A DNA stretch of 49,907 bases from contig CANMWZ010000031.1 of NCBI GenBank assembly GCA_947501605.1, forward strand, positions 1-49,907, read 5' to 3'. Numbering within the stretch: position 1 is the first letter of the stretch; each line of letters opens with the position of its first letter. The notes beneath the pieces are model-generated. The model worked only from the letters and a program-made list of their open reading frames with translations, ran no database searches and was not told the DNA's origin. The DNA is from Planctomycetota bacterium. GTDB lineage: Bacteria > Planctomycetota > UBA1135 > UBA2386. The position numbers were made by a program, and so were the translations under genes. Below, piece after piece: positions 37,001 to 44,709 of this stretch.

Positions 37001-37698
37001 GGTCGCGAAAGGACCTCGCAACCGAGCTCGCGCCCGTGATCTTCGATGGTCGGATCGCGATGAGTCGCGGCGACTCGGTCTTGGTGCTGCTCGACCCCAA
37101 GGACGGCAGCGAGCTTTCGCGCTTGCAGCTACCAGGCTCGGTACACGCAGAAATGGCGTCGGACGAACGGCGGCTGCTCATTCCGCTCGAGGATGGCCGC
37201 ATCTGCGCTGTCGATGTCAAAGAGCTCGAGGTGCTGTGGACGACCACTGTGCGCACCTTCGGCTCCACCCTGGTCATGAGTTCGGCTGGCGTGCTGGCGC
37301 TCAACGACGACGGCACCTTGACCCTGCTCGAACTGGCTACCGGGGCACCGCGCTGGAGTCTCGATCTCCGCGGGACGCCGGCGGGTCGCCCGTCGGTCGA
37401 ACAGAGCCTCGCCGTGGTCACTCTCGATGATCGACTCGCGATCGTTGCTCTCGCCGATGGCAAGGAACAGAACTCCATCCAGGTCGGGGCGAAGAAGTGG
37501 TCCGCAGCGGCGCGATGGATGGGTGACTACATCGCTGCTCCGACCCGCAACGGCGAGCTGCTCGTGTTCACCGCCACTGCCAGCACGGCGCTGTTTGCGA
37601 TGCCCTGCGAGCGCAATCTATCGGTTGCGGGAGACCGACGTTCGACGGTAGTCCTGGCCAGCGGCAAGCGCCTCAGCATCTACCGCAACCTGCCGTAG
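34084..37698 (+). CDS. DUF4388 (PatA_N) - helical/TPR - TM - PEGA-like - PQQ-like beta-propeller protein
   Basis: MRGDLDQMPLTDVFQTL..EGVLRL..LFFQNG..LFTWTHGTFEF..LLLEVARRSDEW; TM IAAAALVLASAVVWF; VRTSIPGA..NGKDLGLTP; repeated TGxxxW blades. Confidence 0.88.
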   Translation: MSKGEEILNSEEVDFLLGVSGGTPQKETVSVQSAQQAVTMRGDLDQMPLTDVFQTLGMNKMEGVLRLCNPVEQRILFFQNGYLRLVVPSRILLRRLGQRLVQAEVIDPEQLRSALLEQRKSHQSLDELLVSGGFVSQEQIDQILALQINEELFGLFTWTHGTFEFFKGPPQDPALQQRLEKCQQFDVNSLLLEVARRSDEWEGIFASLSTLDEVPVRTDAPMPEALGPSQQAVLDAVDGRHTYREIAEQTVLSLFDGARAARDLVRVGLIATATDEQMLDLARHHLEQGHGKLALVVAHSLCDRRTERPIELVRALAAVLRGAEEPRLASAVLLEAAQLQADGQQALQLAQEARALNPRDLGTLSFLRTTMMAHLRKDAPEIRQITLDLLDGLIADNDLERLFMVVEETRQIGHYTPAVMVRESRGYAKKRDRESAIRLMLQAAEGYAALDDKRQQLELLELAARLDRNRKDIQKLIQQLRSTPKKRAIRLASSIAAAALVLASAVVWFTSHLQSNQIAKAEASIQSLLDEGKLDEATKEFEVIDQAIGENPDLDGLRHIVLAAQAEAAQRSHKAAQREVAAQMQQAGLLVAEGDLTRAFLIYSALRADPDLRSDVDSAASTRVDSLERGFADAAVKLPDLLPTPPSDLMDRQRIEDALKILRSAAPPALRTAALAVVTLSERGTLPEQIPEGKRKSLLDAATRAKVLLDRAADLVIAYESASQRSSEQRRLDPLFKQALDAERNLDFVLALTNYQKLSESKANTEELARHFRQKVQQLESILSECTAIRAATAAGDFKTANRAYLALQRKFPEVPFQKLLSLPVTVRTSIPGAGLRWNGKDLGLTPRLATYPPNSTNDLEIQLPRFEPVRMPLPQHEGTVDVLLRLESDASTELRAAIDQPMALSATRAFAVDRAGSVYAFDMKTGAELWSAKTDDTTGYLSPPQLVQGMVVTTSLDSPVRALDQGTGEVRWSRKDLATELAPVIFDGRIAMSRGDSVLVLLDPKDGSELSRLQLPGSVHAEMASDERRLLIPLEDGRICAVDVKELEVLWTTTVRTFGSTLVMSSAGVLALNDDGTLTLLELATGAPRWSLDLRGTPAGRPSVEQSLAVVTLDDRLAIVALADGKEQNSIQVGAKKWSAAARWMGDYIAAPTRNGELLVFTATASTALFAMPCERNLSVAGDRRSTVVLASGKRLSIYRNLP

Positions 37699-38035
37699 AC
37701 GCCCATCCGGACGAATGCGGTGCGCCGACGTCTTACCGGCGCGACGCCGTCCGAAACCCGCCACAGTGGAAACCCTGCTACGAACCAGTAGTAGAGGAGG
37801 CGCTAACAGCTGGATATCACCAATGCGATGGCATTTTGGGGGTAGGACACCTCACCGTCCTGTCCCGGGCTCCGTCGCAAGAGACAGACGGGCAGCAAAC
37901 TGCGCCGCAACGCTCTCGCATCGGTGATCTGACGAATCGGAAATCGCGCTCACCTCGCGAGTCGCCGATGCGACGGGCCGCATCCCACTTCGACGCATCT
38001 CACCTGCGCCAAAGCGAGGCGCACGCCGAAACAGC

Positions 38036-38051
38036 TGGCACATGCGTTGCT
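38036..38051 (+). promoter_or_regulatory. Sigma-54 (-24/-12) promoter
   Basis: TGGCAC-ATGCG-TTGCT, exact consensus, 30 nt upstream of the PEP-CTERM gene start at the end of a 383-nt intergenic region. Confidence 0.8.
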
Positions 38052-38081
38052 CTAAAGCTCGCAACCAATCCGCGAGACTCT

Positions 38082-38486
38082 ATGCGCCTCAATCTCTTGA
38101 CTGCATCACTGATCCTGTCGCTGGGCCTCACCGCCTGTGCGGATCACGCTGGTCGCTTTGCCGCGATCGATCCATCTCCCCAGCCGCCCATCGGACCTTC
38201 TGACGGCAACACCGTTGGCGGCGGCGGCGGCTCTTCCGGTGGCAACACTGGTGGCTCCCTGCCAGGTGGCGATGGCTCGACCGGCCCGGTCGGCGGCGGC
38301 TCCTCGGTCGACGGCGGCAAGGAAGGCGGCAATGGCCCAGGCGGCAATGGCCCGGGTGGCAATGGCCCCGGCGGCGCGCCCGTTCCGGAACCCGGCACGA
38401 TGCTGCTGGTCGGCACTGGGCTCGCTGGTGCGGCGCTGATGCGTCGTCGCCGCAAGAATGGCGAGACGACCGAACCGACGAACTGA
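38082..38486 (+). CDS. PEP-CTERM sorting domain protein with N-terminal lipobox and Gly/Pro-rich body
   Basis: MRLNLLTASLILSLGLTAC; G/S/P/N low-complexity middle; VPEPGTMLLVGTGLAGAALMRRRRK. Confidence 0.92.
   Translation: MRLNLLTASLILSLGLTACADHAGRFAAIDPSPQPPIGPSDGNTVGGGGGSSGGNTGGSLPGGDGSTGPVGGGSSVDGGKEGGNGPGGNGPGGNGPGGAPVPEPGTMLLVGTGLAGAALMRRRRKNGETTEPTN
38325..38369 (+). repeat. 15-nt coding tandem repeat x3 (GGNGP)
   Basis: GGCGGCAATGGCCCA GGCGGCAATGGCCCG GGTGGCAATGGCCCC. Confidence 0.9.
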
Positions 38487-38542
38487 GCCTTGGCCCTGAC
38501 TGCGGCGCGCTCTCACCGGCGGCGCCACAGTAGGATGATCGC

Positions 38543-39250
38543 GTGCTCCGTTCCTGTTCGATCCCGTTGCTCGCGTTGCTCCTTGTCGGATGCGGAACGA
38601 CAGCATCGACCGACGCCAATGATGCGCGTGCATCGACGGAGTGGCAGGTCGATGCTTGCCGTCAACTCGTGCTCGCCGAACCTGCACGCTGGCCAGCGAC
38701 GATGAACAACGTTCTCGAACTCGGCCCGGAGGCTTCCTCGACACTGGCAGCACTACTTCGTGAACACGAAGAGGCTCCCGGTGCAGAAGCGGCGACGGCC
38801 GTGCTTGGACGCCTTGGTGGAGCTGCGGCGCGCACCCTCCTTTGCGAGCTCATCGGCGACCGCTCCACCCTGTCAGGGACGGCAGCACTCGCGCTCTCCG
38901 ACTGCGGCACCGAGGATGAGCACCCGCTATTGATGGCGACCGCGGCCGATCGCCTCGCAGACCCGACGCTGCGCGCGGCCTGCGCCGCAACTCTATTGCG
39001 CCTGGGAGTCCGCAGGGAACTGAGGGCTCTGGTGCGCGGCATCTTGCTCGCAGGCACGCCGGCCGGTCGCGCCCTGGAACAACAACTCGGTCTGCCGCAC
39101 CGTCCGCGATGGGCCTACGAGCGCTACTTGCTGCAACTCGCGCTGCGCGATGCTGTCGGCAGTGACTTTGGCCTCGACACCGATGCGCCGTGGGCGGAAC
39201 TGGAACGGGTCGCCAACGCCATCGACGCCTACCTGGAGAACCCACAGTGA
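38543..39250 (+). CDS. HEAT-repeat-like lipoprotein
   Basis: LLALLLVGC lipobox; AATAVLGRLG, AALALSDCG, RAACAATLLRLG helical repeats. Confidence 0.75.
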   Translation: MLRSCSIPLLALLLVGCGTTASTDANDARASTEWQVDACRQLVLAEPARWPATMNNVLELGPEASSTLAALLREHEEAPGAEAATAVLGRLGGAAARTLLCELIGDRSTLSGTAALALSDCGTEDEHPLLMATAADRLADPTLRAACAATLLRLGVRRELRALVRGILLAGTPAGRALEQQLGLPHRPRWAYERYLLQLALRDAVGSDFGLDTDAPWAELERVANAIDAYLENPQ

Positions 39251-40200
39251 CGCGGACAACCACTCGCAAACTGACCGTTGTGCCCTGGATCGCGCTGTCG
39301 CTCACTCTCGCCGTGGCAACGGCCTCGGTGCAAGCCCAGGAGGACGCCGACGAACTGGCAAAGATCAACGCCGAGACCGCGTGCGCCCGGGCGTTCGTCG
39401 ACCTCGTGCAGCAACTCGACCGCCCGCCGCTTCTGCCGATCGCACAGCGCATGAAGCTGCTGCTCGACTTCCTGACGCTCTACGAGGCCTCCGAGCGGAG
39501 TCCCGAGCTGCTGCGCGCACGACTGCGCCTTGGCTCGATCTCGCTGCAGCGGCTGGATGCCAAGACAGCGGAATTGGCATTCGCTCGGATTGCCGAACTG
39601 GCCAAGGACGCCGATCCTGACTTGCGCGCCAAGGCACTGTTCGGCCTTCACCAAGCCTACGTCCTGGCGGGCGACCGGGATCGCGCGCGCGAAGCCCTGA
39701 CTACGATCGTGCGCGAACGCGACGGCGAGCCGGCGGCCAAGACGGCCGAGGTCGCGATGGCGCACCTCGACGGCCACACCAAGGTGGAACTGGGCAAGCC
39801 ACTTCCGGAACTCGGCTACGGCCGCGACCTTGCCGACCGATTGGTCACAAGCGAGAGCTTTGCACCTGGTCCACGCCTCCTGGTGTTTTGGTCGCTCGCT
39901 CACGCTCCGTCGCAGAACCGCCTCGAGGCCTTCGCGCGAGCTTGGCGCACGCTCGGGATGCCGCCCCAGAACCTCGTTGCCTACGCCGTCGATGATGACA
40001 TCGCCACCTTGCGCCGCGTTGCAACCGAGAAGGCTTGGTTGTTTCCGGTGGTGCCAGCGCTCGGCGAAGGGTTTCTCCACGCCGACTGGTTGAAGCTCTC
40101 GATCACAGCGGTGCCCACGGCACTCCTGGTCGATGTCGACGGGCGGTTGCTCGCCAACGACCTGCCGCCGGATCGCCTAGCTCGCATGTTCGGCAACTGA
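39247..40200 (+). CDS. Secreted TPR + TlpA/thioredoxin-fold protein lacking CxxC
   Basis: Signal peptide, TPR-like helices, ELGKPLPEL..RDL, LLVFWSLAHAPS, VAYAVD, ITAVPTALLVDVDGRL; GTGA overlap with the upstream gene. Confidence 0.8.
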   Translation: MTRTTTRKLTVVPWIALSLTLAVATASVQAQEDADELAKINAETACARAFVDLVQQLDRPPLLPIAQRMKLLLDFLTLYEASERSPELLRARLRLGSISLQRLDAKTAELAFARIAELAKDADPDLRAKALFGLHQAYVLAGDRDRAREALTTIVRERDGEPAAKTAEVAMAHLDGHTKVELGKPLPELGYGRDLADRLVTSESFAPGPRLLVFWSLAHAPSQNRLEAFARAWRTLGMPPQNLVAYAVDDDIATLRRVATEKAWLFPVVPALGEGFLHADWLKLSITAVPTALLVDVDGRLLANDLPPDRLARMFGN

Positions 40201-40250
40201 GGCTGGCACCCGGCTCGCGCGCGGCATCCGCGGCGAGTGCACGCCCAATA

Positions 40251-40310
40251 GAAGGCGAGCCAGAGCAAGGCAACCCAGCGGAAGGCGACCCAGGGCAACG
40301 CGACTCAGGG
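40251..40310. repeat. Imperfect 15-nt tandem repeat x4
   Basis: GAAGGCGAGCCAGAG CAAGGCAACCCAGCG GAAGGCGACCCAGGG CAACGCGACTCAGGG; the last unit contains the stop of the adjacent minus-strand gene. Confidence 0.6.
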
Positions 40311-40865
40311 AAATGACGTCGCGGCACTCTGCATCGCCACGTCACGCACGGCGCCGTTTCGGACCAGCACGCGGCCCTTGTACGGCATGTGTCGCCGTTC
40401 GCACTCGACTTGAACTTCCACATCGCCGTCGAGCAGCATCTCGTGCAGCTCGGTCAGCATGCGGAGGTTGCCGTAGCCCAGTTGCAGCAGGCGGGCTTCG
40501 ACCAGCGCGCGGATGCGATCGGCAGCCGTTGGCTGCGGCGGCGAACTGGCCCCCTCGGCCGGAACCTGGGTCGGAGGCTGTGGGATCCGCACAATCGCTT
40601 CGCCAAGGCTCTCACCGACTCGCTCCGAGGTCTCGCGCAAGTCCTCGATCGCATCACGAAGGCCCTGCAGGTGCGCCTCGATGCGCGCCAAACGCTCCTT
40701 GTCAGCAGCCGGCAACAGTGACGGCAGCACAGCGATCCGTTCGTCGATCGAACGCAGCACAGCAAGTCCCCGCAGGTGTTCCTCGAACCGCACGATGCGC
40801 AGGTGGATCAGTACGTAGCCCACAAGCAGGGCGGCGAAGAAGAGACTGAACTGCCAAGTTTCCAT
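40305..40865 (-). CDS. Membrane-anchored hypothetical protein with coiled coil
   Basis: N-terminal TM (FSLFFAALLVGYVLI), coiled-coil segment, Pro linker, small C-terminal alpha/beta domain. Confidence 0.75.
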   Translation of the reverse strand: METWQFSLFFAALLVGYVLIHLRIVRFEEHLRGLAVLRSIDERIAVLPSLLPAADKERLARIEAHLQGLRDAIEDLRETSERVGESLGEAIVRIPQPPTQVPAEGASSPPQPTAADRIRALVEARLLQLGYGNLRMLTELHEMLLDGDVEVQVECERRHMPYKGRVLVRNGAVRDVAMQSAATSFP

Positions 40866-40937
40866 GGGCGCGAGGCTGGGGAGTGTAGCCGAGACCCGAG
40901 CGCGAGGACAGCCGCGCGCATTCGCAGCCCTGTCGGC

Positions 40938-42344
40938 TCAGGTCATGACGCGTTTGCGGTGGACGATCAGATACCACGGCACGCCGGCGGCGATGATCGC
41001 CAGACCCTTCAGTGCATTCTTCTGGCCGGCTTCGTCCCGCAGCATCGCAACCACGAAGACCATCGACACGACGATGAACAGCATCGGCAGCACCGGGTAG
41101 CCCGTGCAGCGGTAGGGCCGATGGGCATCCGGCCGCGACCGGCGCAGGCGATAGACCGCCGCCACAGTCATCGCATAGAACAGGAACGACGCGAACACGA
41201 CGAAGTCCGTGACGTCGCCGAACACGCGCAAGGTCAGCACCAGGGCGATCCCGACCACCGCCTGCGTCCAGATCGCGACCGTCGGGGTGCCCCACCGCTT
41301 GCTCACGCGCGTCAGTGCCACCGGCACCAGCCCGTCGTGGCCCATGGCGTAGAACGCGCGCGGCGACGACAGCAGGTTTGGGTTGGCGGCGCCGAAGATC
41401 GAAATCGCGATCAGCAGCGTCAAGTAGCCGGCGAGCTTCGGCGAGAACACGCGTTCGACCGTGAGGCTCGCGACGATGGTCTCTGGCGTGCCCTCGGGCA
41501 TCGCGATCAACTCGGCAAACGGCACCACGCGCAGGTAGATGACGTTGACCAACAGGTAGAGCCCGATCAGGATCACCATGCCGCCAATCAGGCCGAGTGG
41601 CAGGTTGCGTTCGGGCCGCTTCAATTCGGCGGCGTTGAACGGCATCTGGTACCACCCCTCGTAGGCCCAGAAGATGCCGGTGAAGGCGACCACAAGGCCC
41701 GCCAACGAGAGCGTCCGCTCGCTCGTCGGCGCCAGCAGTGGCTCAACGGCGACGGGAGCTTGCGAGAACAACAGGCCGCCAAGCACGATCAAGCCGAGCG
41801 AGCCCACCTTGGCAAAGGTCGACAGGTTCTGCACCAACGCGCCGATCCCGACGCCAAAGTGGTTCACCACCGCCAGCACCAAGATCATCGTGCATGCGAC
41901 CCACAGGGAGTGGAACGGCGCCTCGCTCTCCGCCGCCATGTCCACCCCGAACAGCGGTAGCAGGTTCTTGGCAAAACCGAGTGCCAGGGCGGCGACGGTG
42001 CCGGCGTTGATGACCCAGAAGAAGGTCCAACCGTAGAGAAAGGCGGTGAAGCGCCCCCAGCCTTCGCGCAAGAACGCGTACTGGCCGCCAGCCTCAGGGA
42101 ACATGGCGCCGAGTTCCGCATACGCGAAGGCGCCGAACAGACAGATCACCCCGAGCCCGATCCACATCGCGTGGATCCAGGTCTCGGACGGCAACGCTTG
42201 CGCCACCGCGAGTGGCTTCAGAAAGATGCCAGAGCCGATGACCGCGCCGACGGTGATCGAGATGGCGCTCGTGAGACCTAGGCGGCGCTGCAGTTGCCCC
42301 TGTTGGGCAGCCGCAGCGGCGATCGTGTCGTTGCCCTTCGACAT
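40938..42344 (-). CDS. APC-family amino acid permease
   Basis: LQRRLGL..VGAVIGSGIF, YAELGAMFPEAGGQYAFL, FWAYEGW, ERNLP, PRAFYAM..DG, RPYRCTGYP. Confidence 0.95.
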   Translation of the reverse strand: MSKGNDTIAAAAAQQGQLQRRLGLTSAISITVGAVIGSGIFLKPLAVAQALPSETWIHAMWIGLGVICLFGAFAYAELGAMFPEAGGQYAFLREGWGRFTAFLYGWTFFWVINAGTVAALALGFAKNLLPLFGVDMAAESEAPFHSLWVACTMILVLAVVNHFGVGIGALVQNLSTFAKVGSLGLIVLGGLLFSQAPVAVEPLLAPTSERTLSLAGLVVAFTGIFWAYEGWYQMPFNAAELKRPERNLPLGLIGGMVILIGLYLLVNVIYLRVVPFAELIAMPEGTPETIVASLTVERVFSPKLAGYLTLLIAISIFGAANPNLLSSPRAFYAMGHDGLVPVALTRVSKRWGTPTVAIWTQAVVGIALVLTLRVFGDVTDFVVFASFLFYAMTVAAVYRLRRSRPDAHRPYRCTGYPVLPMLFIVVSMVFVVAMLRDEAGQKNALKGLAIIAAGVPWYLIVHRKRVMT

Positions 42345-42354
42345 CACGACCGGC

Positions 42355-43662
42355 TCAGTGGAACTTTGTGATGCCGGGAATCGCAACGGTCGCCGTGGGC
42401 GGCTCCATGTCCATCGTCACGATGTCGGGCATCAGCTGCTCCTGCGACTCCCACGCTTCCTTCCAACTGACGTCTTTTCCGGTGTAAGCCGCCATGCGGC
42501 CCATGATCGCCATCATCGTGCTGTTGATCATGTAGTCACTATTGTCGATGCGACGACCTTGGCGGATCGCGGCAAACATCTCGTCGTGCTCGGCCTGGTA
42601 CATGTCGCGGATGGCGCCGTCGAACTTCCACGGCGTCTTGCCGGCGATCGCGTGTTGGAAGATGCGAGCCGTACCGTTGGTGCCGATGACGTACTCGTCC
42701 ACATCGCGGAAGCAGCCGTTCTGTTGTCGGCAGTAGCTGAAGCCACGCGCGCCGTCTTGCCATTCGTAGACCGTCGCCAGGTGGTCGAAGACATTGCCGT
42801 AGTCGGCTTCGACCCGCTTCTGACGACCGCCCAGGGAATAGGCACGCGTTGGATAGACGTCGCCCTTGATCCACGCCATCACATCGAGCGAGTGGATGTG
42901 CTGCTCGGCGATCAAGTCGCCGGACAGCCATGGGTAGTAGAGCCAGTTATGCAACTGGTTCTCCATGTCGCTCCAACCCGGCTGCCGCTGGTGCAGCCAC
43001 AGTTCGCCAGTGATGTAGTTGCCCTGGATCGCCAGGATGTCGCCGATCGCGCCTTCCTGCAGGCGCTTCACGATGGCGCGGCGACCATCGTGGTAGCGGT
43101 AGCACAGACCGGAAACGACGCTGAGACTCTTCTTGCGTGCCTCGGCGCAGGCAGCGCGAACGCGGCGAAGACCTGGGGCATCGGTCGCAACCGGCTTCTC
43201 GGCGAAGATGTGCACGCCCTTCTGCACGGCCTTCTCGATCTGCATCGGCCGAAAGCCGGGCGGCGATGCGAGCAGGATCACGTCGACGCCGCTGTCGAGC
43301 ACGCGATCGATGCAGTCGAGCCCGGCGAAGCGACGCTCCTTGGGCACCTGTAGCTGGGCGGTGCGGCCTGATCCCTCCATCGCTTCGTCAAGAGCCGCGA
43401 CGCTGTCGTCAACACGGCTCATGAAAGCGTCGCCCACAGCCCACAGGATGTTGCTGTTGTCTGCATCGAGCGCTTGGCGCGCGGCCCCACTGCCGCGACC
43501 GCCGCAACCAACGAGGCCGATCTTCAGCGGCTCACCACCGCCAGAGTGCACCAAGCCCGCAGCGTGCAGCGCGGCGACCGAGCCCGGGACGGAGATGGCT
43601 GCGGCAGATGCAGCCGCGGACTTCAGGAACGAACGCCGAGACGAGTTCAGGTTGTCGCGCAT
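42355..43662 (-). CDS. Tat-exported Gfo/Idh/MocA oxidoreductase
   Basis: SRRSFLK; IGLVGCGGRGSGA; ASPPGFRP; FAEKPVA; EQHIHSLD. Confidence 0.95.
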   Translation of the reverse strand: MRDNLNSSRRSFLKSAAASAAAISVPGSVAALHAAGLVHSGGGEPLKIGLVGCGGRGSGAARQALDADNSNILWAVGDAFMSRVDDSVAALDEAMEGSGRTAQLQVPKERRFAGLDCIDRVLDSGVDVILLASPPGFRPMQIEKAVQKGVHIFAEKPVATDAPGLRRVRAACAEARKKSLSVVSGLCYRYHDGRRAIVKRLQEGAIGDILAIQGNYITGELWLHQRQPGWSDMENQLHNWLYYPWLSGDLIAEQHIHSLDVMAWIKGDVYPTRAYSLGGRQKRVEADYGNVFDHLATVYEWQDGARGFSYCRQQNGCFRDVDEYVIGTNGTARIFQHAIAGKTPWKFDGAIRDMYQAEHDEMFAAIRQGRRIDNSDYMINSTMMAIMGRMAAYTGKDVSWKEAWESQEQLMPDIVTMDMEPPTATVAIPGITKFH

Positions 43663-43730
43663 GAGGATCGGGTTGACACCGAGGGCCAAGCAGAGCCTAT
43701 CGTGTCGCTGTCCGCAGCCCAGCTTCGATC

Positions 43731-44639
43731 ATGGAACAACTGACCCGAAGATCGCTCCTCACCGCGGCGGCCGCTGCCGCTGCGATCGGCACCGCCGCGC
43801 CCCGCGCCCTCGCAATCGCCGCCCCGAGTGCGCGCCAAGAGGTGGATCGCAGCCCGCGCCGCAAGCCGCGCAAAGCACTGAAGTGGTACATGATTGCCGA
43901 TGGCACGACGGTCGCGGACAAGTTCGCCATCGCACGCGACTGTGGCTTCGACGGCGTCGAGCTCGACAGCCCCAGCGAACTGGACCTCGAGGCCGTACTA
44001 GCTGCCAAGCAGCAGACCGGGATCGAAACTCCAGGCGTCGTCGATTCGGTGCACTGGCAGAAACCGCTGTCCGCCGCGGATGCAGCGGAACGGGCCGAGG
44101 GCGTAGCCGCGCTGGAGCGCGCCTTGCGCGATGCCAGAGCCTATGGCGCCACGTCGGTGCTGCTGGTGCCGGCCGTGGTGCAGAAGGACGTGATGTACGG
44201 CGACGCCTGGACGCGGTCGCAAGCCGAGATTCGCAAGGTCCTCCCGCTTGCCGCCGAGCTCGCCATCGACCTCTTGATCGAAAACGTCTGGAACGGCTTC
44301 CTGCTCGGCCCGACGGAACTCGCCCGCTACGTCGATGAACTCGAGCACCCGAACACCGGCGTGCACTTCGATGCCGGCAACCTCGTGCGCTTTGGCTTCC
44401 CCCACCACTGGGTCCCCATTCTTGGCGCCCGCATCAAGAAGGTCGACGTGAAGGACTTCGTGCGCAGCAAGAACTCCTTCGACGTCTTGCTGAACGACGG
44501 CGACACCGACTGGCCGCTGGTCATGCGCGAACTCCGCGCCATCCACTACGACGGCTGGTTCACGGCTGAGATGAAGGCTGGCAACCGCGCCTACCTGACC
44601 GACCTCGGTAAGCGCATGGACGGCTTCCTCGCCGGCTGA
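43731..44639 (+). CDS. Tat-exported sugar phosphate isomerase/epimerase (xylose isomerase-like TIM barrel)
   Basis: TRRSLL; GFDGVEL, IENVWN, HFDAGN, DVKD, GDTDW, YDGWFTAE. Confidence 0.92.
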   Translation: MEQLTRRSLLTAAAAAAAIGTAAPRALAIAAPSARQEVDRSPRRKPRKALKWYMIADGTTVADKFAIARDCGFDGVELDSPSELDLEAVLAAKQQTGIETPGVVDSVHWQKPLSAADAAERAEGVAALERALRDARAYGATSVLLVPAVVQKDVMYGDAWTRSQAEIRKVLPLAAELAIDLLIENVWNGFLLGPTELARYVDELEHPNTGVHFDAGNLVRFGFPHHWVPILGARIKKVDVKDFVRSKNSFDVLLNDGDTDWPLVMRELRAIHYDGWFTAEMKAGNRAYLTDLGKRMDGFLAG

Positions 44640-44709
44640 TCCTGGCAGGCAACGAACGCAGGACTCGCGGGTCCGCACTCACGGGCAATCAAGGGTAGCA
44701 TCCGCGCCC

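Noticed and set aside
37912..37920. GCTCTCGCA as an attR copy of the tRNA-Leu 3' end
   Set aside because: Only 9 nt, expected by chance, and it would place core-looking genes inside the island.
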